DNA from: Leptogorgia sarmentosa
Taxonomy: Eukaryota
Assembly (NCBI GenBank): GCA_964658305.1
Contig: OZ210884.1
Location: forward strand, 3,100,001-3,164,000
Length of the DNA stretch: 64,000 bases
Reading direction: 5' to 3'
In this document: positions 63,080 to 64,000 of the stretch, piece after piece
Position numbering within the stretch: position 1 is the first letter of the stretch
Layout: each line of letters begins with the position of its first letter
Notes under the pieces: model-generated
Seen by the model: the letters and a program-made list of their open reading frames with translations, nothing else
What the model was told of the DNA's origin: nothing
The model's database searches: none
Translations under genes and position numbers: made by a program

Positions 63080-64000
63080 ACAAGTCTTTTTTAGAGTCTG
63101 GTTTGATTTTATTTATTATGTAATATAGTGGAATTATCTAAAGTTTGCAAAACTAAAGTAGCTAAAAAATTTTCAATTTTAGTAGTGTTCACAACGCCAA
63201 GTTCATCGATGGTGACAACAACCGAACCAGGTAATTTTTCTTTTAGTGTTTTGTTCTAAAAAGAAATTGTTCAGGCATTTTGTTGCAAAATTATACTTTC
63301 TAATGTTGTATACATTTGAAGTTTCATTATTGGTGGAGACAATATTTATGAAAACCAGCGATTCCTTTCATATTTCCATGGTTGTAAATAGGGGTCCATA
63401 ATGATGATTGTTGGATAATGGCACATCAGCCGAAAATGAATACAAAAACAAGTCTTTTTTAGAGACTGGTTTGATTTTGTCATGTAATATTATGGTAATC
63501 GTGAAATTATCTAAAGTTCGCAAAACTATCGTATAAAATTTTCAATTTTAATTTTAGTTGTGTCGACAACGCCAAGTTCATCGATTGTGACAACAACCGA
63601 ACCAGGTAAATTTTTTTAGTATTTTTTTCTAAAAGGAAATTTTTTCTTCATTTTTTTGGCTTGCGTTTAAATTCTTCATTATTGGCGGAGATATTTTTTA
63701 AAGTCTGGTTTGATTTTATTATGTACAATTATAGTCAAATTATCTAAAGTTCGCAAAACTAAATTATCTAAAAAAATTTCAATTTTAGTTGTGTCGTCAA
63801 CGCCAATTTCATCGATTGTGACAACAACCGATCCAGGTAATTTTCCTTTTAGTATTTTGTTGTAAAAAGAAATTTTTCATGCATTTTGTTGCCGTATACA
63901 TTTGATGTTTCAGTATTGGTGGAGACAATATTTATGAAAACCAGCGATTCCTTTCATATTTCCATGGTAGTAGATAGGAGTCTATAATGATGATTGTTGG
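63080..64000 (+). repeat. Block 5 of the intron+microexon array (runs off the window)
   Basis: Exons 63183-63230, 63558-63605, 63789-63836. Confidence 0.9.

Noticed and set aside
18925..64000. CRISPR array or plain centromeric satellite
   Set aside because: There are no unique spacers and no cas genes, and the context is eukaryotic. Conserved splice sites and reading frame argue against a purely non-coding satellite.

Overview
AT-rich animal genomic DNA, probably a marine invertebrate such as a cnidarian (inferred from composition, domain content and repeat types). It holds parts of two tandem, paralogous, intron-rich mucin-type genes on the + strand. Gene A (3' part, 1-~9.2 kb) reads SEA domain (3 exons), Ca-binding EGF, two 48-nt Pro/Thr/Ser (PTS) microexons, a transmembrane exon and a probable short basic tail. 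Gene B (from a signal-peptide exon at 18128, still open at the window end) reads signal peptide, PTS x7, vWD(GDPH)-C8-EGF, PTS x13, vWD-C8-EGF, PTS x41, SEA, PTS x19, SEA, PTS x3. Main observation: the ~345-bp 'satellite' filling about 28 kb is an array of about 83 intron+microexon units. Each unit carries a phase-1, 48-nt exon (AG|TTGTGTCGACAACGCCAAGTTCATCGATTGTGACAACAACCGAACCAG|GT) encoding one 16-aa mucin repeat (VVSTTPSSSIVTTTEP). The array shows higher-order repeat structure, frame-preserving NAGNAG acceptor turnover, and dead copies that lost a splice site. Also present: ~9.0-kb and ~8.6-kb period internal duplications, two Helitron/Pif1 helicase fragments, a 3.4-kb CCC-ended non-autonomous TIR element with a 2-bp TSD, a Penelope-like inverted repeat with a minimal hammerhead-like motif, and several long hairpin elements. 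All gene models were read by eye from splice signals and reading phase; there is no transcript evidence.
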